This document shows positions 47,987-61,463 of a stretch of DNA of 64,000 nucleotides, one piece after another; positions within the stretch are counted from its first letter, which is position 1, and the number at the start of each line of letters is the position of its first letter. A program made the position numbers and the translations under genes. Source of the stretch: Ramazzottius varieornatus (Eukaryota; Animalia; Tardigrada). The stretch covers positions 4,516,448 to 4,580,447 of the forward strand of contig BDGG01000002.1 of assembly GCA_001949185.1 (NCBI GenBank), in the 5' to 3' direction. Below the pieces are notes generated by a model, which saw nothing but the letters and a program-made list of their open reading frames with translations, made no database searches and was not told where the DNA came from.

Positions 47987-50900
47987 CTAGTCGAAATTCT
48001 CTTCTTCTTCATCATCGTCTTCAGAAATATTGAGGCTGTTGTTTTCCAGCGTTCTATTAACAGAACGAAGTTTTGAAAAATTTCAGCGCTTCCCTAACGT
48101 TTTTACAACTTACGTGTGCCATCCATCCCACGCGTCCTGCTCGTCTTTCGCCACTGTCTTAGCCAGTGCTGCCGTCTTCTTTGATCGGCTTAAAACTGCA
48201 AACAAAGACGCGCATCTTGTTCAGTGATCAGAATTGCCATACTACAAAATGTAAAACTTACTACTATTGATCAGCATTTGTTTCTCGACCGCATTTGCAC
48301 CGTAAATTTTGGCACCGACATTTTCACCTCCAACAGACTCTGTCGGTTCCGTATTTGCGCTCGTTGATGCATAGTGGCTTCGGCACAAACGTCGCAAACG
48401 CCCTGGGGAAGGACTCGGTTCTGTGCTCGCCATAACACAAACAAATGTTTATCGTGCATTTCCCTTACAGTACACGCGCCTGGCCTAAATGTGGGGATGG
48501 ACAAAAATGTGGGGAACGGAGCGAAAGCGACTGTGCTTCAAATGATTTAATTGATTGGTCAACCACAGCTGGCCTGTGTCGCTTCGCTCCGTTCCCCACA
48601 TTTTTGTCCATCCCCACATTTAGGCCAGGCACGTGTACTTCGGTACCTTGGACTTGTGAAAGTGGCGCTATCGGGGCAACGGGCCTTCCGGAACCTGGAT
48701 AAAGAAAAGAAGTCATGACTGCAGCGTTTTCTGTGCGAAAGTTTACAAGGTGATACTAACCACGTGAGGTACTCGTACTGGGGCTGGGTCGAGGGCCATC
48801 ACTCCGTTGCGAAGAAACTCCAGAATTTCGCTTTTCTCTCTTACGACCTGCTGTAGAATCAGCAAATGGGAGACTTGGATGATATAGAAAAATCATTCTC
48901 GTACCAGGTTTAGAAGCCTTCTTCGTAAAAGTGCGAGCGGCTGATCTACTTGAGGACCTGCTGGTTCGTGGTTTTCTAACAACCTTATGCGGAATGATCA
49001 GTGGTAACTTGCTGATCCGCTTTGGCTTATCAGGCTTCTTTGAAGTAGACGGGCCGTCCGATTCCATCGGTGGCATCGTTACCGAAGAACTAGTACCCGG
49101 AGCAGATTCCCGTACGGATACTTCGGAAGGCGTATCGTTTGGTTGGACTGGAAAGCAAGTCTAGATTGAAAATGTGAGCACAAAAGTTTCCAGTACACGC
49201 GCCCGGCCTGATTATCGGCCGGGATAAAATTTTTGTCCACCGACCGAAAGCGGCAGCTGCCAGCTAAACTGACCAATCAATCGAAGCGCTGCCGGTTTCG
49301 GCCGGTGGCCAAAAATTCTGTCCCGGCCAATAATCAGGTCAGGCGCGTGTACTCGTGACCAGTAAGGAACTTCTTTCATGGCGCAGGAAAAACCTTACAG
49401 ACGGACGATTCAGCGTTTTCTCTTGGTGGAAACACCTGCGAATCTGGGAAGATCCGTTCTTCCGAAAGAGATTCTTCATCTGTCAGAAGGCGCTCCATGG
49501 CATCGCTACGCACCGGAGGCTCCGTAGAATGTGTAGGCGTTTTCGTTGATACCACCACCGCTGGTGCATTTTCAGGAAAACCGGAAGACTCCATGTCGAC
49601 GTCATCATCTGAGAAAACATCTCCACAACCATTAAACTTGGTCACTGGTAAACGTAATGCAACGATCACCGTGTACCTGAGTGATCACCGTCACATTCTT
49701 TCGGTGATACAACAGGTTCGTCTAAGTCGGTACTCCGGACAGCGACTGTGGTACCTTCCTTCTGGAAGTTGCCGGCAAAGAAGATCCCATCTTCGTCGAT
49801 ATCCACGTCCACCGCCGACGTCTGAGTAGCGGCCACCTCGTTCTCGAGGAAAAGGATATCTTCTTCTTCCTCCATCCTTGTCTCCATCTTTACTTCCGGT
49901 TTGACTATCTCTGCAGAAGCTATCAGTAAATAACAAAAACTCACCAGGAAACGTACCAACTTCAGTATTGTCACAGTATAAAGTTAGAATAATTATCCTG
50001 ATTATCAAATGAAAATGAAATTCCAAAACTGTAAAACCATTCGAGCACATCACCATGAGAAGCGTCAGTAATACTCACCACTGGGAAAGCTGCTTGGTTC
50101 CGTGAGCGGCTCGTCGGACACGGGCACCCCGGGTGGCGTTATCGGGATCGAAACAGGCTCCTCCAACACTTCTTCCTTCACTTCCGACTCAGTATCTTGA
50201 ATAAAGACAAAGGGATCACACGATTCGTCGGCGAAATCTATAGTCTCGAGAGCAGCAGGAATCCCAAAATTCTCATCTGCAAACAGTAACAACAATCGCT
50301 TCCGATCTTTGTCTGTACGACGCGTCACAGGAAATTTTCGCCCATTACCAATCTCCTCTGCATCAGCAGGAACAGAAGCGTCTGACTCAACTAAAGAAAT
50401 CTTCGCCTTGAGAACCTTTTCAAGTTTTGGAGAAGACGTTGACGATCCAACTGACAGTGGACTTTCTGGTGGTTCGTCTGATAGAAGGTCGGCTTCCAGT
50501 GCGCGGGCTTCTGCCTCTAACTTGTCCTCCTCCAGTTGCGCATTCTTCTCCCGGTTCTTCTTCACCATGCTCAGAAACCTTTCTTCAAAAGCCCTATTTC
50601 CGTTCTCAAAACACTTCTTGCGTTCAGCCTGGCTCCGCGACAGCATCCAACTGAGGACCAACCCTTCTCGCGCGAAGCTACCGACCGACTCATAACCCTT
50701 CACATCGAAGGCTCGACACAGATGCGTTGTCAACATATCCGTATCGTACTCGTTCTGGTCAGGAATTTCATCGAGGTTTCCGGATGCCGAAAGCGTAGTC
50801 TCTTGTCCAGCCTCAGACGTAAGCGGAAGGTTATCGTCGAGAGGATTCAACGGATCGACCACCGAGGAAAGACAAAGATTCTTCGGACCAAAGGGACGCT

Positions 50901-51871
50901 TGACAAGTCTATTGATGACCCCAACTTCGGGCTTCGGTGGAGGCGCAGGCTGCACTGCCTTCGGAGCTTTGACCGGCTCTATACAGAAACAGTCTCTAGA
51001 CAGAGTAGGAATGAAGAATTGACATGAGCCTAGCTTGGTCAAACCTGGTGGGAGTTCGATGGGTAGCGCGACGGAAGCTGGCTTGACGACGCACGCAGAT
51101 CCGGATTCTGAAACCGATATTTACAGTCTTCTGTAGCACGTAGTCTGGAAGAGGATACCGACTTACGATCTTCGATGTCGTAGTATACTTGGCTTGGTCG
51201 GGCATTTGCAGCGTGAGGATCGAAAGCATCGAGGGAAATGGGATCGTCAGAGGCAGGGCCAGGATCGAAATTCGAGAAGGTATTTCCGTAACCATATAGC
51301 AGATCATCGAATTCAGCCGGAGCGTCCATAGCTTGTCCCAAAGTTCCGCGGACAATGAGGACGGCTCCAGACACTCGAAAGCTCGAGAAATACCATCGGA
51401 TGCCCCACGATCACCTCAAGCTTTCATTGGAACAGAAAGTGCACGATAAGCTCATCAAGCAGGAGAAGGTTCCAGACTTTCAGACTTCAAACGTCCAGTG
51501 GCACTACCAGTATGTTGTCATCAGTATACTCTCCCGGATTTCTGACCAGCCTGTTCGTCGACTCGAATAGATACCAGAGAGTTTCTAAACTCCCAGCACT
51601 TCAAAGGAATGGCGCAAAAGCAGCACTTTACAATTGAAGTTCACACTTTGATAAAATTCATACTTTTGATGGATAATGAAGTTATCCCGGGGCGCTTCTC
51701 CGAGGTCTCGGTGCCGGATTATTAGAGGCGGAGTCAAAGTCACATCAAACCAACCTTTGAGTCTTTGATGATGGACGATCCTGGCCGCGCCAACGACCCC
51801 CAAAATCTAGGATCCCGCCGGGGGCGCCACCGTTGCTTCGATTTCGCGCAAAATCCCAGTTTTCCTTCCAT
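47987..51871 (-). CDS. Uncharacterised multi-exon protein, acidic and low complexity
   Basis: Long open exons (50065-51042, 51039-51374, 49666-49974, 49376-49669, 48756-49076) with GT-AG junctions. It ends in ..SEDDEEEENFD*. No domain was recognised and the 5' exon structure is uncertain. Confidence 0.55.
48473..48635. mobile_element. TA-flanked MITE (family B1)
   Basis: TA|CACGCGCCTGGCCTAAATGTGGGGATGGACAAAAATGTGGGGAACGGAGCGAA ... near-perfect reverse complement |TA. Confidence 0.85.
49196..49349. mobile_element. TA-flanked MITE (family B2)
   Basis: TA|CACGCGCCCGGCCTGATTATCGGCCGGGA ... TCCCGGCCAATAATCAGGTCAGGCGCGTG|TA. Confidence 0.8.
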
Positions 51872-52574
51872 AGTTTTGACTTTTGAGTGTTAACTGTAGA
51901 ATTAGACGTTCTCCTGAACCATTCTGCTATTGAGTTCGTGCGTCTCTTTGATCAGTCATGGACGGATGCTGCGCATTAAGGAGATGTATGTGGTCACTGT
52001 GGAGTCTGGCAGCACGTAAAAATCTTCAGCTCGCCAGCACCAACCAAGAAAATGTTTAAGGTATTAACTACGTAATAAGTCAAAGAAGTTAGTTAAACCT
52101 TCGTGACAAAGATCCTCATGCTGTTTGTTGTGGTTTGTAGTTTCCGGAGCGACTCAAAGTCTCGCAGACTCTCCTCTCGTCTTCGCTGTTCTTCCAAAAA
52201 GATAGGAAGGCGACGGCCAACCCTCCTCTACTGATAACGCGTCCATCTTCATCAACATGAAGACGTGCTCCTCATCATCGAACGCACAGGCATGTTCTGT
52301 AGAACCAATGAGCAGTTCGGGACAAGGGCGACGTTTATGGAGACCTGACCAAGCCACGCTATAGCCCGCATGAATTCCGAAAGTCCAACGAGGAGCAACA
52401 TCGGACATGGCGGTTGACGCACGGAGGTATGTTAAATATGTAAACTTAGCACACGCCACCGAGATTGCTTGGAATGAAATCACATCACAATAGAAATCAC
52501 CTACAAATACACTCCTAATTGCCAATCTGTAACCACTTGATATTGCAAAGAAACTTATTTTCGTTTTCTACTGT

Positions 52575-55500
52575 TTACATGTCGCCGAAGATTCCAGCGA
52601 AAGTTCGCTTGAGGTTGGACATGGTATCGTCTGTGTCTCCTGGATTTGTGCTTTTAGGCTGACCACCCATTCCCATGGCTCCTGGTTGCTGATTTCCTTG
52701 TCCTGACAGGCTTCCTCTTTCACCCCCCGATCCAGTCATGTCACCCATACCAGAGCCCATCGATCCGGACATGTTCATGCTAGGCCTTGACATCTGTCGT
52801 GTTGGCGGTCCTTGGGCGTTCGTAGTCCCGAACTGGGTTCCCGAGAAGGTGTTGCTTGCGTTTGGAGGTTGTGAACCCATCTGCGGGCTCATGCCTGTTG
52901 TAGGGACGTTGGTGGGTCGAGAGTCTAGACCGAGTGCTGCTCTATTGGCCAGGTTTGCAGCGCTACTGACACTGCTTTCTTTCGTCGCAGTTTCCCAGTT
53001 AGCACTTTGAGAGTCCCGAGCAGAGCCGAAGTCTCGAGATCCACTGACATCGCGGATGTTCGAATCTCGAGGGTCTCGCATAGGTGGCGGGCGTCCGGAA
53101 CCAGACAGATCTCTGTCCGCATAGGAGCCCATAGGAGGTCGGTCGGTGGGCCGTGAAGACGGATAGCCAGAACTGTCCGACATATCGCGGTCACTTCCGA
53201 TGGACTCTCGGCTGCCTCGTCGGTTCGGTCCGCCGATAAACCCGTTGGCCATAGCCGGTCCTGGTGGGTTGTTAGGTCTGATGCTCTGAAGAGGCTGTTG
53301 AGACATTCGTTGTTCGTTGGTGGAAGGTCCGCCCAGTGTGCTGGATCGCCGACGATTGTTGTTGGTACCCTCTGAGCTCATTTTGTGGTAGACGAGCTCC
53401 GCAATTAGCTGACGGTCTTCTTCTTGTGTTTCTCCGAGTAGTGTCATGGAAGACGAATCGTTTAGTGAGATGATGAATTCTTGACCTTCTTTACTTGCTA
53501 CCGCTTCAATGGCGAAGACGTCCAGTCCGCCAAATATGCGCGAGCATTCGTCCAACCAGGCGCGCCACCTTTCTTGTAGAGGAATCTGTTCTAACATGGT
53601 GGAACCGGTGTTCGCTTTCCACGAGCCGGAAATACTACGACGAGTTAAAAGTCCGACCTTCAAAGTACTGATCTGAAATTCTAAAGCCTTCCTTTTACCT
53701 CTTCCTCATGTAGGCTTTGTACGATGGTCCAATTTTCTGCAGATGCAGGTCGTATTTGGAATCGACGAAGGGTTCTGCCGTACAATAGGCGCCACAGCTG
53801 CCGACTATGCTGGCGATATCCTGCATTTCTTGTGCTGAAGTCACGCGAGTCTTCCCGAGACCCGCATGCGCATGGCCTATCTTGAGTACCACCGGAAATG
53901 AAGAAATGGTCTGCATCTCTTTGTGAGTCGGGTAATACGACTGCGGAATGAGAGGAAAGTTATTTCTGCCTAGACGTTGCTGAATTTCAATGAGTTGAGA
54001 GAATATCAGAGGTTTGTCGAGGAATGAGGCCAGGCTCTCCAGACTGTTGACCGATGGAACGTTTCCATAAAGTAGAGCTAGTAGCAGATGGCGGTAGTCT
54101 CGGCTTCCGTCTCGAATCGGCTGACGAACCAGCACGAAATCAGGACGAAAGGATCTGTAAATTGAGAAACCGTCATCAGGAAATTCTTGCCCGTGACTTT
54201 CTTAAATCGTAGAAAGGACTCCAGCGAAAGGAAACGAACCTGGCCGTTTTTGTGCCACCGCGGTTGACTTCCACATCTACCATAGTTCCTCGATCCGAAA
54301 ACGCTGTCATGCTTATTTCACTGAATTCGGCCTGAGCAGGTGAGACAGACAGTGGTCGATGAACAGTAAATTTAAGGTGGTTAGCAGGAGCGAACAGTTT
54401 GATGGGTGCAGTACCTGCTCAACACGGATGTCGAATTCGTTGTGAATTTTCCGTCCTCGAAAATATTTCGACCTGCAGGTTTATCAAGTTAAGGATGTTG
54501 GAGAGGAAGAATCTATTTCGCCCCGGGGCACGATTAGCTTTGACTCGTAGTCTTTTATCGGGTTTGTCTTTTTGTACGTGTACCTATAGGCGAATATGAC
54601 ATGCATTGCGCAGTATAGTGCTGCGTCACTTACCAGTCGGTGTGCTGGTCATCGATAACTAGCAGCACCTTCCCTTTCCCGCTGGAGACTCCGGAGACCC
54701 CGGCAACGGTTTGCTGTACCAAGTTCGTAGTAGATTGACTCACTTGACGGAAGATGTTCCTTGCAATATCTGTAACCATACCAAACGTTTGACTATGTTC
54801 AGCAAAAGAGTTGTGTGTACTTTACAGATGTTGTTGTCGGGGGCTTTTCTCGATCATGAGAACTGTGGGCATGGGCCCTGATGAGGCACCATTATTACAC
54901 CAGCTTAAGATTATCAGCGCGGTACTTCTTGCATGAAGTGACGGAAATACCGCTAAATCGTCATTTAGCCCGTAAATCGATCTTTAGGCAGGCCACCGTG
55001 CTCCTGGTCGATGCCAGGAGCACGGTCCTAGAAGCAACGAACTGCCTTTTCTGCACGCCGTGCCATGTTGGTTTGTTTGCGAGGGAAGGATGCCTGCTCA
55101 TCAATCGTATTATTTCCAAATTCCTTTAATGGTCGTCACTCTTGATGAGCCTCCGTGAACAAGTGGATTATAGTCATCATATTCGATTTTCGTCTTTGAC
55201 CAGTACATACAGCGTTCTAGGGTTGAGCGTAACACTAGTTGACTTACTAGCTGCAGTCGCTGACGTGCTTGCAGGATTGTAGTTGGTGCGTGTGGGCGAG
55301 CTAGGCTGACTTGCGCTTGTCATTTTGGGTTGCGGCTGTGGCTCCATCGGCCCTTGCTGTCCGGGGCGCTGAGGCATCTGCGGCGGCATTCGCGGTGCCT
55401 GACCCATGGACCCAGGAGGTCCTGCAGCGCCACTTTGAGGTCCGCTGGCAAAGGAACTGCTTCCCAGGTTCAAACTCATGTGAGGTCGATCCCGAAAGCT

Positions 55501-56234
55501 GCTGGTTGGGGGTCCAGGCGGCCCCACGGAGCCCATATTACTGTTGCTGCTGTAGATGCTGTTCAGGTTCTGCTGACTTCCGCTTCCAGCTGACATACTC
55601 ATTGGTGGATTAGGTGAGGAAGTAGAGGTAGTTTGTGGGGTAGTTTGGTCTTGATCATCGTCCTGTAGGAACGTGACATGACATAACTCAGTTGTATAAG
55701 GAAACTAATTCAGCAGATCAGTTCGTCGGTATGAAAATGGATATTGTTTAGAAACTGGTCCCAGCTGGGACGACGGGATTTCATTTTTTACGTCGGCTTT
55801 GTACACGCGGAAGATCAGGGATAGCATTTAGAACTGGAATGAGGTTTGGCAAAACGTATGAGGGAGGAGGAATACAATGAATGTATTACGTCATGGAACG
55901 ACAAACCGCTTACTTCAAGTGCGAGCTTTACATGCATTCATAGGTCTTCCAGTTCTATCAAACAGGGATCGTGGCTGAAATGGGTGTGAAGGATGTTCAA
56001 GCCACATATTGCAGCTACATAAATGCACCAGATATCCTCACGCCAAGCATGACAAACCCTCATAAAATATTGATTGCTCACTGCAGGACCAAAAAGAGGG
56101 AGATGGGATAATCATGGATCTAAATGAGTGAGCCGGAAGTGCAGAGCCGTGTCGGGCAAACAAGCAATGAACTACCAGACAACGGTACGTACCTGTAGTA
56201 AACTTTGAGAGACGCGTCGTTGCAGTTGGGACAT
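52575..56234 (-). CDS. Syn: Synapsin
   Basis: C domain: KVLLVIDDQHTDW, DIRVEQ|AEFSEI, SFRPDFVLVRQ, PSVNSLES, FPVVLKIGHAHAGLGK, EPFVDSKYDLHLQKIG..SISGSWKANTGSTMLEQI. E domain: DDTMSNLKRTFAGIFGDM. The putative A-domain exon 56234-56193 reads MSQLQRRVSQSLLQ (RRxS site). Confidence 0.95.
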
Positions 56235-57543
56235 CTTCCCCGATAATCCCGAGAGTCCATCTCGAAAATTAAAGGACATGATGAGTAATTAGAGCTAGTA
56301 ACGAGATGGGTCACATCTGGCGAAAGTTCTGTGCTCTTTGAACAGATAGGTGATGGGTGGTGGGGTGTATACTAGTAAAATGAGGCAAAAGCTAGAAAAA
56401 AGAGTGACAGTCAACCAGCGGCATGTTGATTTTAAAATCGGCATGCAGGCTCTTCACATCCACAGTCCTTCTTTGGCGCTGGAGCGATCGCTTGCGAGCT
56501 GGCAGGGAACAGATCAATACATTCCCCCTTTCTTCTTCCAACAACTTTACTTTTCGGTGAATATGTGCGATGTGACAGACCGCTCCTGTATATAGTCTCT
56601 GGGATCCTCCTAGAGAAACAGGGATCTAGTTAAGTGCCGGACAGACATCGTTCGATGCACTCCCTAAACTCACGAGCCGGCATAATTACGTACGATCGAC
56701 CAGGCTGGATGACATGCACTCTATCAAACCTTCAAGACTCTCAAGCGTAATTCACAAAGGTTGAATATTGCCGTTTTCGAGAGCTAATCCCGTCAAATGA
56801 GTTTAGCGAGAGCACTTTGCCAGGCAGGTATGGCAGGCAGGTAAATCTTTCTAATTTGATGCAGCCAGATTAACATGAGCAAAAAGGTGATCAGTGAGAG
56901 TGCAGGTGCATCCCATTATTCCCACAGGCAAAGCCTTGCTCGCTGCTTTTTACGGGAGTGCAGAAAAAATCGATGCTTTGGCGGGTGACATGTTTTTCGT
57001 GCATGCTACATGATCGTCATCATGCATGCATTCCATCTGTCAGCATCAAACATCCGTCTCGGTCTTTCGTTATAACCATAAAAAGTCGTGCCGACAAGCG
57101 GGTTCCTACTGGGAATCCTGTGGCGCTTTCAGTGAATTATCTCCTTTACCATAACCATTATCATGTTAACGCTCCTATCCCAACATATTATTGTTCTGAT
57201 GTCATTAAACTGTTCCCACAGTTTCTGGACACGATACCAAGCTTCTGGTTCGAAAAAAGAATTTCCTACGATTAATTCGAATGAGCATCTGATGAACAAG
57301 GGCTCGATAAACAAACTCGACCAGGGTCCTCCTCCCAAGTGGCGCCGTTTTCAGGAGTTTGGCTGGATGCTTGCGCCTTCTGAGAAAAAGATCTGGACGA
57401 GTTTGATTGCCGTGATCTCGAATACTACTGTAATAAATCTTTTCAATGCGACAGGTGTCAGGAAGAAACTTGAAGCTTTGCGTTTTACAAAAACTCTATA
57501 CAGAAAACTCTACTCTGGAAAATCAGGCTGGGCTATTTTGGTG

Positions 57544-60500
57544 CTATACTCTAGGGACACACTGACGATCAAGGCAGTAATATGAATTTACAACATCCTC
57601 TTTGCACATCGTCCCATCCGGGAAGTATGCATCTTCGGCTAGCATGATTGCTACAGCGTTCTTGGGATGGCGGTATAGATCGCTGTTCTCCGCACGGCAA
57701 TAAATAGCGCAAGATCTGTCGGGAGATTTGTCTGAAATACAGCAATTGTACAGCGGTAGATTGAGTTAGGTGGGGCTTCATGAGTTGACATCGATTAAAT
57801 TTATTCTGGAACCTTAATTTATTACCGGCACTGAATGGCTGCTGTTTTCCTTCAGGCTGTATACCGGGAACTCCGGCATTGACGTATCGTTGACAAGCCT
57901 TGGTCGCGTACTCGGTTGCCGATATCCTCGTGCTGCATTTCTGTTCCAAACCCCAACGAAAATTACAGGTTGTTTCCAATTGACTGAATCAGTTTTGACG
58001 CACCACGAAAACTTTAATTCTGATGATTTTGTCGCTATATTTTGCACACACGTAGGCATGGCTCCTGGAGACGGTACTGGAAAGTTTTGTTGAGTTTGAG
58101 CGCTCCCTGAAAAACTTACGAGGAATAGCATGGACCCTCCGAAAACAAAGAAGTTCAAAACGTACGCTCAAATTTTTGTACTTCAGGTCGAACAAAAATT
58201 TTTTGAAGTTTTCAGCGAATGCTAGTCGACGCAGTCTCATTAGTTTATTTAAAATGCTTCCCTTTCGAATTTGCCTTCCTCGTGGGTGCTGGTCAGCAAG
58301 AATTGTCGCATGTATACCAGTCTGCATTTGTTTTGTCGGGCTAGAAAAACTAGAAGATGATACATTATAATTCTGATTAAAGGGACATCAATAGGCCACT
58401 CGAGATAAATGATTTCATGTGTCTGAGCGGCTGTCTACAAATGCAGAAAATTTCGCAGTAGCCAAGCCCCTTTTCTTCCCGGTATACAAGCGGTTTTGCG
58501 TAAATTCCGCTTATCGACCAATCAAGGTCGAGTGGAGGAGAACACATAGAATCGCATGTTCAGAAAACGGTTTATCCAATGAGCCGTAAAGCAACGAAAC
58601 TAGATTAGAAACCAATCTCTTACGAAACGTCAAAAACGATTCAGTGTAACTGGAAACACCGTTCAAGCTATTGCACGAATTTCGGACACAGCACACGTTT
58701 TGGAGGTTAGTGGACTTACAAATGTATCGTCGCAGGTCAGAACCTCATAGCTCCGCCCGGAGCAATTGGATTCAGTGTTTTGTGGTTCTGGGTGGTTGCA
58801 GGAACGTTCGTTGATTTTGTAGCCTAATGAAGCGTCGACGCAGCCGGAATCGCAGCTTCCGGTTGTCCAGCTGGACCATCCCGGCTGGACGACAGGTTGG
58901 GGCAGAGGCCACGGTACACAGTCACCGCTTGAGCACCACTAGGTAATGAATGTCTGATATGGACAAACCTCTCAAATGAAATTTTGTCTGTTCGTAAACT
59001 ACGACGAACCTTCCCGTTTCCGCAGTATGTGCCGTCAAGAGCTGGACCGATCTCGGTGACTGCCAGTCCTCGGGTTTGCCGACATTTCAGAGAGTTACAA
59101 ATGGTCTGCAAAAAGTCCACACGAGTCAGAATACGACAGACGGGATGTTACAAATTCTATTCGAGGTGTCAGCACTGACCGCCAGAGATTGATTGGGGTC
59201 TTTAATGTATCTCTTGTTCTTCATTTGCATGGCGCACTGGGAATTAGCGGAATAAATCTGGCCGGGAAGCTTGTTAAGTCTACCGTAATCAAGATCGGCT
59301 TTCGGAGGGATCAGATCGGTCTCGAACAGACACATCCGGGAACTTTGAAATCAGAATCTGTGTAGTGCGCATATATGGAGGACGTGGTAATTATACATTA
59401 CTTACCCTATTTTTGCTTTTATAGCGTCGCGACTACACGTGGACCACTCCGTTTGTCCTTCCCAACGGCGAGCAGGAGACATGATGTACTTTTCTGAAGA
59501 ACAGTCATTTTGCTCGCCATCGTGGAATAGTCCCAAACTAAATTTGGAAACGATACAGAAAGATCGTGATTTAGGATATTTAGCTACGACGTTGCGTTTA
59601 GCTTAGGAAATCTCAGATGATCCTACTTGTGGGCGATCTCATGCGCCACCATGTAGCTGCTCAGGAACCCAGATGACTGGATTGCGCTCTTCGTGTTGTC
59701 TGTGGCTCCAAGCTCTGCCACTGTAGCACTATAAAGTGGATGACACATGGCTCCAACTCTTGACATGCCTGTAGCAAAACGGAAGAATATAAATACCGGT
59801 ACTTAAGTCAAGATCAAAAATCAAATCAATTGGCATGGTCCTAGTAATATTACCCATGACGCTATAGTCGAAGTCCCCGCGATACATCTTTTTTCTGCAG
59901 ATGATACCAACCATGAGAAATCGCGAAACAGTGCAATTTGCAGGAACCTATAGGAACAAATGTGATACCCGGTAAGAAGCACTGCATGGTCCCAGTGTTG
60001 TGGATCTTCCTCCGGCTTGTTTTGGTCCTTCTGGAAGTCGCTGAATGCTGCCAGGACTGATTCGATGCCGGCTTTCTCCGGAATATTCGTCGGGTTCTGC
60101 TTAAGAAGATGCATATAGACGATTTTGATGTCCACTGAATCCAGGAACGATGGTAAGTGGAAGATCAGTGCGATCTGGAACATGCGAATATTCCAAGTAT
60201 GAATGGGATATTTTCGATGCAATTCAGTGATAGTGTTTTCTAGGTACTTGGTCGATGAAAGTGAGAAGGAATTCCCTCAAAGCATCTTCTGTTCCCAAGT
60301 ACGATGTGAAAGTATTGCACGCGTCAGCGTCAACGAAGATTGCCAGTTCGATGGTTGCGGTTGGAGCGCCCTCTGTCAACCACGCCAGCTGTCCCGCATT
60401 GGGCCTTTTTCCAGGTTTATAAGTGGTATCAAACTTGCATCTTCCTGCGAAGGAAAATATACGTGGAAGTTTGAAATCGAAGCGGACAATGGGCAGATCC

Positions 60501-61463
60501 AGAGTTTGCTAGTGAATTATACTTTCTAGATTTATGCAAAACCTCTTCTTATGTTGATCGTACCGTTTGGACATTCATCCTTTATGTTTATAGCGCAGCT
60601 GTTGGTTGACTTCCGGCGGGACACAGCTTTACGGAGCGCGGCTAGAACGTTAGTATCTTCGGGTAGTTCATCGTCCTGCCGATCGTCCAAGGTATCCGCC
60701 TGACGATGAACTCTGAACAGCAAATGTGGTTCGCCGGTAGGTTCGTCAAGAAACCTCTTGGCTAATCTTCGAGGGACTGGGGATAAACGGTAAATCGAAC
60801 CGTTCTTGTACAGATAACCACGCTGAAATTAAAATAGTTGGCCTATTAACAGTTTATTCAGTTTTTCCTGAAATTAGGTACCAGAAGCTCCAGATTAGAC
60901 TTCGATGTGTGGACCGCGGCACTCAAGTCTTCAGTTCGCGCTTGGTAAGCGCATGTTCCGGAAGTCGAGAAGCGGCTCAGTGGTTGATCCGAGGGGTCTC
61001 CGCTGGTGATGTCGAGATCGGGGGCTATATGGGGACTAAGCATCAGTTGCATATCCCATTCTTCGCCGTAGGCCTCGAACCGCCGTCGGATGGACAGTGG
61101 ACAAGCACTGGAGTTCGCGCTGGCCTGCGTATCCTGATTTGCATTTGCAAGGTAACTTGTTTGATATGCATCTTAGAATCAACAGCAAAAAAAAATCATT
61201 AGGAAAGAAAACGTGGTGTTGATGTGCTGTGGGTATGTGTGAAGGCCGAGTAAAGACTCCAGTCATACTTCAGTGGCTGGCTTACCATTTTCGGTAAGCA
61301 AGGCCCGCGGATAACTCGGTCCGAATGCACTGTTGTGCTCGCCATCTGTCATCAGCGTGTGAAGTTGCCGAGCGGGAAGGCTTTCTGCAAAGCTTAGACC
61401 GACTAGAATGAGGGCCGTGACAAGTGTCCAGTTTTTCTGAAGCAACATTCGAGTCCGAGACAT
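57544..61463 (-). CDS. Short ADAMTS-type metalloprotease (prodomain, reprolysin, disintegrin-like, one TSP1, Cys-rich)
   Basis: Signal peptide, TIELAIFVD, HWDHAVLLTG, spliced zinc motif HEIAHNLGLFHDG, Met-turn YIMSP, LPGQIYSANSQC, GPALDGTYCG, WSSWTTGSCDSGC, YFPDGTMC. The 3' end is uncertain. Confidence 0.88.

Noticed and set aside
55706-55946. Alternative synapsin starts (MKSRRPSWDQF.. and MHVKLALE|)
   Set aside because: The first runs into a stop without a good donor. The second lacks the A-domain motif. The 56234 exon with RRVS fits better, although an alternative first exon is not excluded.
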